A stretch of DNA of 64,000 nt from an uncultured delta proteobacterium (GTDB lineage: Bacteria; Desulfobacterota; Desulfobacteria; Desulfobacterales; JAFDCJ01): positions 32,001-96,000 of the forward strand of contig CAVYNY010000035.1 in NCBI GenBank assembly GCA_963769935.1. The letters run 5' to 3'. The notes under the pieces are model-generated. The model saw only the letters and a list, made by a program, of their open reading frames with translations, was not told where the DNA came from and did no database searches. Made by a program: the position numbers and the translations under genes. Of the stretch, positions 32,508 to 41,522 are shown piece after piece (the first letter of the stretch is position 1; the number at the start of each line of letters is the position of its first letter).

Positions 32508-33224
32508 ATGTTCAATTTTGTCTACGAATTTCTTGCGCGGCTGGGGTACACCCACCCGATCCATCCCACAGAAGTCCACATGCCCATCGGGTTGGTGGTG
32601 GCGGCCTTTATATTTGCCTGGATCGCCCTGCTCTTGCGGCGGCCCAACCTGGCGCAAACCGCCCGCACGTGTGTCACCCTTGCCTTTATCTGGATATTTC
32701 CGACCATTCTGTTCGGCATTATGGATTGGCAGCACTACTATGCCGGCGCCATGCTGTTTCCGATCAAGATGAAACTGGTTTTCGCTCCGACTCTTTTAGT
32801 TCTGCTGGCGGCTGCAGTGATCCTCGGCTATAAAAAAGGCGCCGAATCCAAAGCAGTTTTGGCTATCTACTGCCTCAGTTTCGTGACGGTCATTATTCTG
32901 GGCTACTTCGGGGGGCAGCTGGTATACGGTTTAAAAGGCCCGGCGCCGCCCACGGACGTAAAAGCCGGCGCCCAGATATTTTCCGTCAATTGCAAAGGCT
33001 GCCATCCGAACGGCGGCAACATTATCAAACCCAACCTGCCGCTGAGAAGCGCTCCTCAGCTGGCGGATTTAAAAACCTTTGCGAGCTTTATCCGTGCTCC
33101 CAAGATGCCGGACGGCTCGGCGGGAATCATGCCTGCTTTTGCGCCGGCAAAGATCTCCGACAAGCAGGCTAAAGAACTTTATGATTACATCGATCAGGTC
33201 ATCGTACATCCCGTGCGCCAATAA
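32508..33224 (+). CDS. Inner-membrane protein: DUF2231-like 4-TM domain fused to a C-terminal monoheme cytochrome c
   Basis: GGAGGAG RBS then MFNFVYEF; HPIHPTEVHMPIG, four hydrophobic segments, GGQLVYG, CKGCHPNGGN and IMPAF. Confidence 0.82.
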   Translation: MFNFVYEFLARLGYTHPIHPTEVHMPIGLVVAAFIFAWIALLLRRPNLAQTARTCVTLAFIWIFPTILFGIMDWQHYYAGAMLFPIKMKLVFAPTLLVLLAAAVILGYKKGAESKAVLAIYCLSFVTVIILGYFGGQLVYGLKGPAPPTDVKAGAQIFSVNCKGCHPNGGNIIKPNLPLRSAPQLADLKTFASFIRAPKMPDGSAGIMPAFAPAKISDKQAKELYDYIDQVIVHPVRQ

Positions 33225-33340
33225 CGGATGCAAGCGATACCTTCGGTTGTCGTTGCCGGGCAAACTGCAAGCAATGCGGCCGGTTGACCACATGCGGCGG
33301 TATCGGAAGAACCTCATCACATCCCTGGGAGAAAGCCTCC

Positions 33341-34063
33341 ATGAACATCGACTCGAACGCTCGGGACCCTTTATGGGAGTACAATTTCAGGTCTGATAAG
33401 AGAGCCAGGGTCTATGAGGTCTCGGTTTTTTTGTTTCTGATTGGGCCCTCCATGGCGCTTTCCTTTTTTGCGGTCAAACAGGGTGCGCTGAGCTTTGAGC
33501 TTGTAGCCTGGGCGACCATTCTGCGGGATGCGGCGCTGGTCTGCCTGATTCTTTACTTTCTATGGCAAAACGGTGAGCCGGCAGAACGCATGGGCTGGTA
33601 CTTTAAATATTTTTGGAAAGAACTGGCCATCGGTCTGGGCCTTTTTTTCCCTTTATACTTCGGCGCCGGCCTTCTTGAAGACGTGCTGCAGAAGGCCGGC
33701 TTATCATTGCCGGCGACGCCGGTGCCCTCCTACGTGCTTCCCGGTGACATACCCAAGTTGGTGCTGGGTGTCTTTTTGGTAACCGTCGTTGGGGTGGCGG
33801 AGGAAACGATATTTCGCGGCTACCTCATTATGCGCTTTCAGGATCTGAATACCGGCGCTGCAACGGCGGTTGTGCTTTCGGCCTTTATTTTTTCCATCGG
33901 TCATGGCTACGAAGGGACCGCCGGCGTGATTACGGTCGGTGCGATGGGCCTGGCATTTGCACTGGTCTACCTGTGGCGTCGGAGCCTGATTGCCCCTATG
34001 ATTATGCACTGCCTCGTTGATTTCGTCAGCATCGTTGTGGTGCCCGTGCTTGGGCTGAAGTGA
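33341..34063 (+). CDS. CPBP (CAAX/Abi) intramembrane glutamic peptidase
   Basis: AEETIFRGY, FSIGH and a C-terminal H motif (MIMHCLVD); GGAG RBS before ATG 33341. Confidence 0.88.
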   Translation: MNIDSNARDPLWEYNFRSDKRARVYEVSVFLFLIGPSMALSFFAVKQGALSFELVAWATILRDAALVCLILYFLWQNGEPAERMGWYFKYFWKELAIGLGLFFPLYFGAGLLEDVLQKAGLSLPATPVPSYVLPGDIPKLVLGVFLVTVVGVAEETIFRGYLIMRFQDLNTGAATAVVLSAFIFSIGHGYEGTAGVITVGAMGLAFALVYLWRRSLIAPMIMHCLVDFVSIVVVPVLGLK

Positions 34064-34318
34064 GTTAAACCTAAAATGATCGGTTCTATGTTCAGGGTTC
34101 TGGGTTCAAAGGTTATAGGACGCCGCTTTCCGCAACTTTATGCTTTTTTTTGAATGATGCGCTTTCACCCATTGGCTGGAATGTCGCATTGGGCCCGATT
34201 GATGTGATCTAAGATGAGTAGAGGCCGGTTCGGACAGCTTTACCAGGAACCGTGAGTTCCGTAGGGGATGGAAACCGCTCAACCTATGTTAAAAAAAAAT
34301 GTGTCGTTTTGCGATCCG

Positions 34319-35017
34319 TCAGGCTCCCTGGTCTTGGCGGGAAAAAACAGCAGCTAAAAGCACAGCCAGAATTCCGGTCATGAAAATTCCATCAAAGGTT
34401 CCGGCCCCGCCGATGGACGCAACCGGCGCACCCAGTCCCTGAAGGTTGCTTATATTCAGCAGATCGGCACCGATCAGCGTTCCCAATGAACCGCTGATGT
34501 AAGCCAGGGCCGGGGCAAACTGACGGGAAATCAAAATTGCTGCGCCGGTGGCCGCCAGGGGGGGAATGAAAATCGGTTCGGCAATGCCCACCCCGTGAAC
34601 AGGGTGAGCGACATGGTGGACGATCAGTGTGACGATGACGATGGCCAACAGCCCTTGGTAAATGAGCCGGTTTTTTACCAGCAGGTAGATGGAGAGAACG
34701 GCAGGTATTACAGCCCCCCCGAAGTTGACGGCGATGACCGTGCCCGGCCAATGGGTCACAAAGGGGATAACGTGCCGAATACCCCAGAAAGTAATCTGTC
34801 CGCCCGCGTAAAGTGTTTCGGGGGGCAGTTGATAAACGGGTATATTTATATAGCTTCCAAGCAAGGATAGAAGCAGCAGCCCAAAGATATAGCGCCGGTT
34901 GATTCCTAATCTTTGGTAGGCATATCCCAGGATTCCGATCTCGATTAGAATCAGCAGCACCGCAAAAATGAAAAAAAGCACAAGCAGAAAAGGAAGCGTG
35001 ATGGGAAAATAATGCAT
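34319..35017 (-). CDS. DUF1614-family membrane protein
   Basis: GSYINIP, AVNFGGAVIP, GTLIGADLLN, SIGGAGTFDGIF. Confidence 0.85.
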   Translation of the reverse strand: MHYFPITLPFLLVLFFIFAVLLILIEIGILGYAYQRLGINRRYIFGLLLLSLLGSYINIPVYQLPPETLYAGGQITFWGIRHVIPFVTHWPGTVIAVNFGGAVIPAVLSIYLLVKNRLIYQGLLAIVIVTLIVHHVAHPVHGVGIAEPIFIPPLAATGAAILISRQFAPALAYISGSLGTLIGADLLNISNLQGLGAPVASIGGAGTFDGIFMTGILAVLLAAVFSRQDQGA

Positions 35018-35032
35018 GGTTTACTCCGTCCC

Positions 35033-35677
35033 TCAGAAAAATATCAGATTGTTCAGCAGAAAGTCCCTTACCGCAAATAACACCACGCTGAATATGTTCC
35101 ACAAAGCGGGTATATTAATAACTAAAATCAGAATGATGAAACCGGCTCCGGTGCGACCGAGCATCTCATAGCTGCTGCGCAGCTCCCGGGGCAGCAGGTA
35201 TTTGAAAAGATGACTGCCGTCCAGCGGCGGGATGGGAATCAGATTGAACATCGCCAGCACGATGTTCAGGAGCGCAGCGTGTACCAGCACATAGACCGCT
35301 GCTGAACCGGTAAAATTAGCGGAAACGATGTGAACCAGGTTGAGCATTAGGATCATTATCACGGCGATCAGGAAATTTACGGCGACACCGGCAACCGAGA
35401 CACAGATGTCTCCCAGCACCGGTCGCCGGTAGTTGCGGGGATCTACGGGTACCGGTTTTGCCCCGCCGATGATAAACGTCCCACTGGATAGAAAGTAGGC
35501 GATGACGGGTATCGCGATGGTCCACAGCGGATCGATATGGGCAATGGGGTTTAGCGTAATACGACCTTGACGTTGGGCCGTGTGGTCTCCGAACAGCAGC
35601 GCGACATAACCGTGCGCTATTTCATGGAGCACGATACTTTCCACCAGGAGCGCAATTATAAAAATTTTTACTGTCAT
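35033..35677 (-). CDS. Site-2 protease (M50) family membrane metallopeptidase
   Basis: HEIAHG, TLNPIAHID, AKPVP, FNLIPIPPLDG. Confidence 0.9.
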   Translation of the reverse strand: MTVKIFIIALLVESIVLHEIAHGYVALLFGDHTAQRQGRITLNPIAHIDPLWTIAIPVIAYFLSSGTFIIGGAKPVPVDPRNYRRPVLGDICVSVAGVAVNFLIAVIMILMLNLVHIVSANFTGSAAVYVLVHAALLNIVLAMFNLIPIPPLDGSHLFKYLLPRELRSSYEMLGRTGAGFIILILVINIPALWNIFSVVLFAVRDFLLNNLIFF

Positions 35678-35935
35678 CGTATCCTCTTTGCATTGCCGAC
35701 GGCCTTCAACTCGCGCGGGGCCAAGTTGGCGATCCAAGCCGGCATCGGTATCATGGCAACCTGTCCCAGCGGGGATTCAAGCGCCCTGTCCACGCAGACT
35801 GTAAGACCTTGGATGATTAAGAGGTATCGGCGCTGGTCTGATATTCAGGTAAGATTTCAGCCCGATTTGCTGTAGAAGTTTGTCTGACAATAGATAAGGA
35901 TAACGAAGAGCCAGCCGCATTTCAGGCTAAAGGTT

Positions 35936-36568
35936 TTAATCCACAAGCTTATTCTGGACGGCATAATGGATCAATTCGGCGTTGTTTTTCATGTCCATTT
36001 TTTCAAGAATGCGCGAGCGGTAGGTGCTGACGGTTTTGACGCTCAGCGCGAGCTCATCGGCGATTTCCGTGACGGTTTTGCCGGATGCCAGCATACACAA
36101 GACCTGATATTCCCTGTCCGACAGCACCTCATGGGGCAATTCTTCAAAGTCGGCCTCTAATTGGAAGGCCAGCTTTTCGGCAATTGTAGGGCTGATGTAT
36201 TTGCCGCCGCGATTCACTTTGCGGATCGCGTTGATCAATTCTTCCGGGGCGCTCGTTTTGGTGACATAGCCTGAGGCGCCGGCCTTTAATACGCGCAGGG
36301 CATATTGGCTTTCAGGGTGGATGGACAAAATAATCACCGGCACTTTGGGCTTTTCAATCTTCAGCTGTTTGAGCACATCCAGGCCGTCGATATGCGGCAT
36401 CGTGATGTCCAGAATAACGACGTCGAAATTTTCCGTCCTAGTTTTATGCAACAGCTGGCGGCCGTCGCCGGCTTCATCGGCAACGCTCATATCGGCAGCC
36501 TCGGAGATAATCTGTTTCATACCGGCCCGCACGATGGGGTGATCATCGGCAATAATGATTTTAATCAT
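35936..36568 (-). CDS. NarL/FixJ-family response regulator (REC + LuxR HTH)
   Basis: ADDHPIVR, LDITMP, GYVTK, LSDREYQV...SVKTVSTYRSRILEK. Confidence 0.95.
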   Translation of the reverse strand: MIKIIIADDHPIVRAGMKQIISEAADMSVADEAGDGRQLLHKTRTENFDVVILDITMPHIDGLDVLKQLKIEKPKVPVIILSIHPESQYALRVLKAGASGYVTKTSAPEELINAIRKVNRGGKYISPTIAEKLAFQLEADFEELPHEVLSDREYQVLCMLASGKTVTEIADELALSVKTVSTYRSRILEKMDMKNNAELIHYAVQNKLVD

Positions 36569-38354
36569 GGCGCTGCTTCCTTTCAGAGATGGGCATCTTT
36601 ACCGTCAGGCGCGTCCCCGCATTGCGGGTGCCGGTGATCGTCACCGCGCCTCCCAACGAGCGCGCCCTTTCTTTTACTCCGATCAGGCCGAATGACCTCG
36701 AATCGACAATGGATGCTTCGGTAATCCCTACGCCGTTGTCCTGAATTTCCAGAAGCAATAGGCCGTCTTTTTCGTTGATTCTTATTTCAACCTTGGTCGC
36801 CTCGGCATGGCGGATGACATTTGTCAGAGACTCCTGGACGATACGGAAAAGATTCGTGGATTGTTCCTTGTTTAAAAAGAATTCATCCGGATTAAAGACG
36901 GTTTTGCATTCGATGCCGGTCCGCTTTTGAAATTCTTCCGCCTGCCATTCAATTGCGGCCGGAAGTCCGAAATCGTCCAAAATACCGGGGCGCAAATCCT
37001 CTGAAACTTTGCGCACCGTTTGAACGGTATCGTCAATTAATACGACCATTGTTCTCAGTTTTTCACGGATGATGTCCCGTTCTCCCGTCAACTTGTTGCT
37101 CAGCCAGGCTATATCGATTTTCAGCGCCGTCAATGACTGCCCCAGATCATCGTGAATCCGGCGCGCAATCCGTGTTCTCTCTTCTTCTCTCACTTCCTGC
37201 AGGTGCGTGGAAAGGTTGCGAAAAAGTTCCTGTGACCGCTTGAGTTCGTTTTCCGCCCGCCGGCGCTCCGCCCGGCGCTGTTCAAGCGCCACGGCCATTT
37301 CGTCAAAGGCCTTGGCCAACTGGCTGAGTTCATCCCTCCCATAGGGCAAACCGGTACGGGTGCTCAACTCGCCGGCAGCCAGCCGTCGGCTGGCTTGCAC
37401 GATCGTTTTTATCTGGCGTAAAATAAAAAGCTCACCGCCAAACCAGGCGGCCAGCATTGCCGCCAGCGCAACGATTCCAAGCAGCATCAGGTTGCGCAGA
37501 AGAATTCGGTTGGAATCGGCGAAGGCGTACCTTTCGGGCAGGCCGAGAACCACATAAATCTGCCGGTTCCTGAGAGAACTGTGTACAGGAGCAAACGCAT
37601 AAATGAAAGGCTTGCCGCGAGCACCGGGGGCTCTAATAGTGCCTCTTTTTTGAGACAGGATTTCTTTGATGAGGGAGTTGCCCAGCATCGTTTGCCCGCG
37701 CCCCTGATCCGATTCAGGCTGACGCATCAGGACCACGCCGTTTTCGTCGATCTGTGTGATCGTGAAATCTTCGGGCAATTGATCCTCGATGTCGAATTTG
37801 TGCTGATTAAGCCATTGCAGATCCAGGGCCGCGAAAACCACCGCGCGGGTGCCCGCGGCGGTGTTAATGACGGGATAGGAAAGGACCAATACAGGCTTGC
37901 CGGTAATGCGGCCGACGTGATAATCGCTGACCACGAAATCGCCGGTTTCAACTGCGCGCCGAAACCAGGGCTGATCGCTGGTATCGGGTGCCTGCTGGAA
38001 GGGAACCGCACTGCAATAAACCTTGCCGTCGGGGTTTACGGCCCCCAGGTTGGCATAGCGTCGGAACTGTTTGAGAAGATCGCCGCAAAAAGCATTGCAG
38101 TCGGCTGGATTGGTATTTTCTGTTTGAATAAATCTTGCCAGAGCGATGAGTATTTGACGGGCGCCCTGAAGTATCTGCTCTTCTTCATGGGCGATAAACT
38201 CGGCCAGCTGCAAGACATTTTTCTGAATCCCGGCAACTGCCAGCTCCCTTTGCTCGGAGGCGGTATACACGATCAGTCCCCACGCCGGGATTACGGCAAC
38301 CAGAACGAGAAGCATCAGGCGTACGCGCACAGATTTCAGGGCAAAAAGTTGCAT
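36561..38354 (-). CDS. Sensor histidine kinase (Cache-like periplasmic domain, HAMP, HisKA_3, HATPase)
   Basis: Two TM helices, DELSQLAKAFDEMA HAMP, EEERTRIARRIHDDLGQ, QESLTNVIRHA, DNGVG. Confidence 0.93.
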   Translation of the reverse strand: MQLFALKSVRVRLMLLVLVAVIPAWGLIVYTASEQRELAVAGIQKNVLQLAEFIAHEEEQILQGARQILIALARFIQTENTNPADCNAFCGDLLKQFRRYANLGAVNPDGKVYCSAVPFQQAPDTSDQPWFRRAVETGDFVVSDYHVGRITGKPVLVLSYPVINTAAGTRAVVFAALDLQWLNQHKFDIEDQLPEDFTITQIDENGVVLMRQPESDQGRGQTMLGNSLIKEILSQKRGTIRAPGARGKPFIYAFAPVHSSLRNRQIYVVLGLPERYAFADSNRILLRNLMLLGIVALAAMLAAWFGGELFILRQIKTIVQASRRLAAGELSTRTGLPYGRDELSQLAKAFDEMAVALEQRRAERRRAENELKRSQELFRNLSTHLQEVREEERTRIARRIHDDLGQSLTALKIDIAWLSNKLTGERDIIREKLRTMVVLIDDTVQTVRKVSEDLRPGILDDFGLPAAIEWQAEEFQKRTGIECKTVFNPDEFFLNKEQSTNLFRIVQESLTNVIRHAEATKVEIRINEKDGLLLLEIQDNGVGITEASIVDSRSFGLIGVKERARSLGGAVTITGTRNAGTRLTVKMPISERKQRHD

Positions 38355-38376
38355 TGCTTTAAATTATCGCTGGGCC

Positions 38377-38712
38377 TCAGTCTATGAATTCGGCAATTGC
38401 GCTGTGTTTGCGCTTGATCTCAGATATAAGTTTATCCTGTCGATGCAGCCGTATGATTGCTCTGATAATTAAATAGGATCCCAATAAGATCAGTGCGGCG
38501 CATAGAATCAGGAGCGGCACGAGCAGGTGCACCACCTGGATGATATCGTAGTATTTTGAGGTGGCGATCAGGACGCTCATGACTGTGAGCGGCAGGGCAA
38601 AAACGGCGATTCCGGTGCGCAGGGCCGCCAGGGATGTTCTCTTTTCGGCGAGAAGCAGCTGAACTTCATTAATAATTATCGTTTCCGGTATGGGTGTGAC
38701 GTCGCACTCCAA
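38377..38712 (-). CDS. Small two-TM membrane protein, DUF202-like
   Basis: LLAEKRTSLAALRTGIA followed by two hydrophobic helices; TTG start with an RBS. Confidence 0.7.
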   Translation of the reverse strand: MECDVTPIPETIIINEVQLLLAEKRTSLAALRTGIAVFALPLTVMSVLIATSKYYDIIQVVHLLVPLLILCAALILLGSYLIIRAIIRLHRQDKLISEIKRKHSAIAEFID

Positions 38713-38952
38713 ACTATTCTCCCCTGTAATTGTCTATCGTTGGCCTTTGTCGGCGGATACAGTCCGTCCACTAAATGGCTTGCCTATCATATTGCGTGAT
38801 AATTTACAATTTTATTTGTAGGATAAAAATCTACAGCCGAAAAAGCCGGTGTCCTACATCAATATGGGAAAAATACTGATGTACAATTATCGAGGCACGA
38901 TTTATCCTTCACTATCGAAATGAGTGAACGTTCTAAAAAAAGGAGATGTAGC

Positions 38953-39411
38953 ATGGAAGATTTCAAACGAATTCTGGTAGTTAGCAGATCCACCAAAAAT
39001 TGCAAAAAAGCCGTACATTATGGAATAGCACTTGCCAGACAGTTCAATGCCAAATTATATGTAATGCATGTAATTCATGACCCCTTCAGCGTTGACGGAT
39101 GGAACCTGCCGGTTCCTTCCTTGAAGCAAGAATACGAAAATCTTGCAAAAAAAGCCAGAGAAGAAATAGACCGCATCATAAACTCCGAAAAAGCTGACGG
39201 TCTCGATATTACAGAATGGATTCGGGACGGCAAACCGAGTGAGGAGGTCCAGGCGGCCATTAAAGAAGAGAAAATTGATCTGGTCATTATTTCAGCCCAT
39301 GAAGAAGGAAGGCTCGAACATTTTTTGTTCGGTCGCACCGTCGAAGGACTCACCCGCAAAATGCCCTGTTCCGTTTTACTGGTAAATTACAACCCGTATC
39401 ACAAGGTCTGA
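38953..39411 (+). CDS. Universal stress protein (UspA family)
   Basis: FKRILV, LYVMHV, DGKPSEEV...IDLVIISAH...LFGRTVE...MPCSVLLV; AGGAG RBS. Confidence 0.9.
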   Translation: MEDFKRILVVSRSTKNCKKAVHYGIALARQFNAKLYVMHVIHDPFSVDGWNLPVPSLKQEYENLAKKAREEIDRIINSEKADGLDITEWIRDGKPSEEVQAAIKEEKIDLVIISAHEEGRLEHFLFGRTVEGLTRKMPCSVLLVNYNPYHKV

Positions 39412-39543
39412 GAGGTGATTTTACCCGAAAAAATTTAGAGTTAACCTTTTTCCAGTTTGCCAAGTTTGAAAAGAGGGGTTGAATATTCAGGCACGGGCGC
39501 CACGCAAGGGTTTCTACTTTTTTTTATCACCGCAGAAATCTTC

Positions 39544-41478
39544 ATGTGCGCTGCTCAGCCAAAACATAGAACGGAGGGTATAAAAATCGACCCCAATGAA
39601 ACGCCTAAAAACTATAGCGGTCGACAGCTTGTGCGGCTTTCTTTGTCCGCGCTGGGTGTTGTTTTCGGGGACATCGGCACAAGTCCGCTCTACGCCATTC
39701 GTGAGTGCTTTCATGGAGAATACGGCATCGCCGCAACCCGAGAAAACCTGCTCGGTGTTCTCTCGCTTATGCTGTGGTCCCTGCTGACGGTGGTCAGCTT
39801 TAAATATCTTGCCTTCGTTTTCAGAGCAGACAACCATGGTGAAGGCGGCGTCATCGCGCTCACGGCGCTGCTGAAGTCCAAAGATGTCAGCCTAAAAAGA
39901 TCCCGCCGGGCGCTGATGGGTTTGGGTCTTTTTGCGGCCTGCCTGCTCTATGGTGACGGCATGATCACCCCGGCCATATCCGTTCTAAGCGCCATCGAAG
40001 GCGTCCGGATCATTACACCGCTTTTCAAGCCCTTTGTTGTGCCCCTGACAATTATAATCCTGGGCGGACTTTTTCTCCTGCAGCGCCGGGGCAGCGCGCG
40101 GGTGGGAATTCTTTTCGGACCGGTCATTCTCCTCTGGTTTTGTGTGCTTGGCGTTTTAGGATCCATCCAGATCGTGCGTTCTCCCCAGGTTCTTGCGGCC
40201 GTATCACCCTGGTATGCCGTTAATTTTTTTCTAGTGAATAAAGGACACGGTTTTGTCGTTCTGGGTGCCGTCTTTCTGGTGGTTACCGGAGCAGAGGCAC
40301 TTTACGCCGACATGGGTCATTTCGGCAAACAGCCGATTCGGTTGACATGGATCATTCTGGTACTTCCGGCGCTTGTCTTGAACTATTTCGGCCAGGGCGC
40401 CCTGCTGATAGGCCGGCCGGAAGAGGTCCACCATCCTTTCTACGCCTTGGTCCCGGCTTGGGGGCTGATACCAATGGTGCTTTTATCGACCATGGCCACC
40501 ATCATCGCATCCCAGGCCGTGATTACCGGCTCTTTTTCTTTAACCCGTCAGGCCATTCAATTGGGCTATCTTCCCCGCATGAAAATCACTCATACTTCCG
40601 CCGCTCAGGCCGGCCAGATTTATGTCGCTCCGGTAAACTGGCTGCTTATGGTGTGCACCATCGGCCTGGTACTCGGCTTCCAATCTTCCAGCGGCCTCGC
40701 CGCAGCCTACGGCGTAGCGGTAACATCGACCATGCTGATCACCACGATCCTTTTTTACGTGGTTGCACAGCAGAGATTGGGATGGAGCGCGCCGGCGGCG
40801 GGAATAGTATCCGGTTTGTTTCTGCTGGTGGATTTATCCTTTTTCGGTGCCAACATCAGCAAAATTTTTCACGGTGCCTGGTTTCCATTGGCCATCGGCG
40901 CGATGGTCTTTACGCTGATGCTGACCTGGAAACAGGGCCGTGAAATCCTTGCAACCCAGATAAAAAATCTCACCCCGGCATTTGAAAAATTTGTGAAGAG
41001 TCTGGAGAACACCCCCCCGCAAAAGGTCAGCGGTCAGGCTATATTCCTTGCCGGAAATCCGGACCGTGTACCCGCAGCGCTCGTGCACAATCTGACCCAT
41101 AACAAAATCCTGCACTCTGAAATTGCATTTATCCACATTAGAATGGAAGACGTCCCGCGGGTGCCGAATTTGGAAAAGGTCGAGACCGAAAAGCTGGGCG
41201 GTGGTTTTTTTCGCATAATCGCGCATTATGGCTACATGGAAGAGCCGAAAATTGAAAAAATCCTCACCTTGGCATATGAAAAGGGACTGCAATTCAAAAT
41301 GGAAAGTGCGAGCTTTTTTCTGGGCCGGGAGAAATTATCGATCGGGGAAAGCCCCGGAATGAGCCGTCTGCGTAAAAACCTTTTCCTGTTTATGTCGCGC
41401 AATGCCATGGATGCCGCATCCTATTTCGATATCCCGCCGGATAAAGTCATCGAAGTCGGCGTTCAACTGCAACTTTGA
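39544..41478 (+). CDS. kup: Kup potassium uptake transporter (copy 2; start uncertain)
   Basis: LGVVFGDIGTSPLY, YGDGMITPAISV, TGAEALYADMGHFG, IEVGVQLQL. Confidence 0.95.
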   Translation: MCAAQPKHRTEGIKIDPNETPKNYSGRQLVRLSLSALGVVFGDIGTSPLYAIRECFHGEYGIAATRENLLGVLSLMLWSLLTVVSFKYLAFVFRADNHGEGGVIALTALLKSKDVSLKRSRRALMGLGLFAACLLYGDGMITPAISVLSAIEGVRIITPLFKPFVVPLTIIILGGLFLLQRRGSARVGILFGPVILLWFCVLGVLGSIQIVRSPQVLAAVSPWYAVNFFLVNKGHGFVVLGAVFLVVTGAEALYADMGHFGKQPIRLTWIILVLPALVLNYFGQGALLIGRPEEVHHPFYALVPAWGLIPMVLLSTMATIIASQAVITGSFSLTRQAIQLGYLPRMKITHTSAAQAGQIYVAPVNWLLMVCTIGLVLGFQSSSGLAAAYGVAVTSTMLITTILFYVVAQQRLGWSAPAAGIVSGLFLLVDLSFFGANISKIFHGAWFPLAIGAMVFTLMLTWKQGREILATQIKNLTPAFEKFVKSLENTPPQKVSGQAIFLAGNPDRVPAALVHNLTHNKILHSEIAFIHIRMEDVPRVPNLEKVETEKLGGGFFRIIAHYGYMEEPKIEKILTLAYEKGLQFKMESASFFLGREKLSIGESPGMSRLRKNLFLFMSRNAMDAASYFDIPPDKVIEVGVQLQL

Positions 41479-41522
41479 CAGATGTCTCAATCAGCATCTA
41501 TATTTTCGGACTTCCGCCACGA

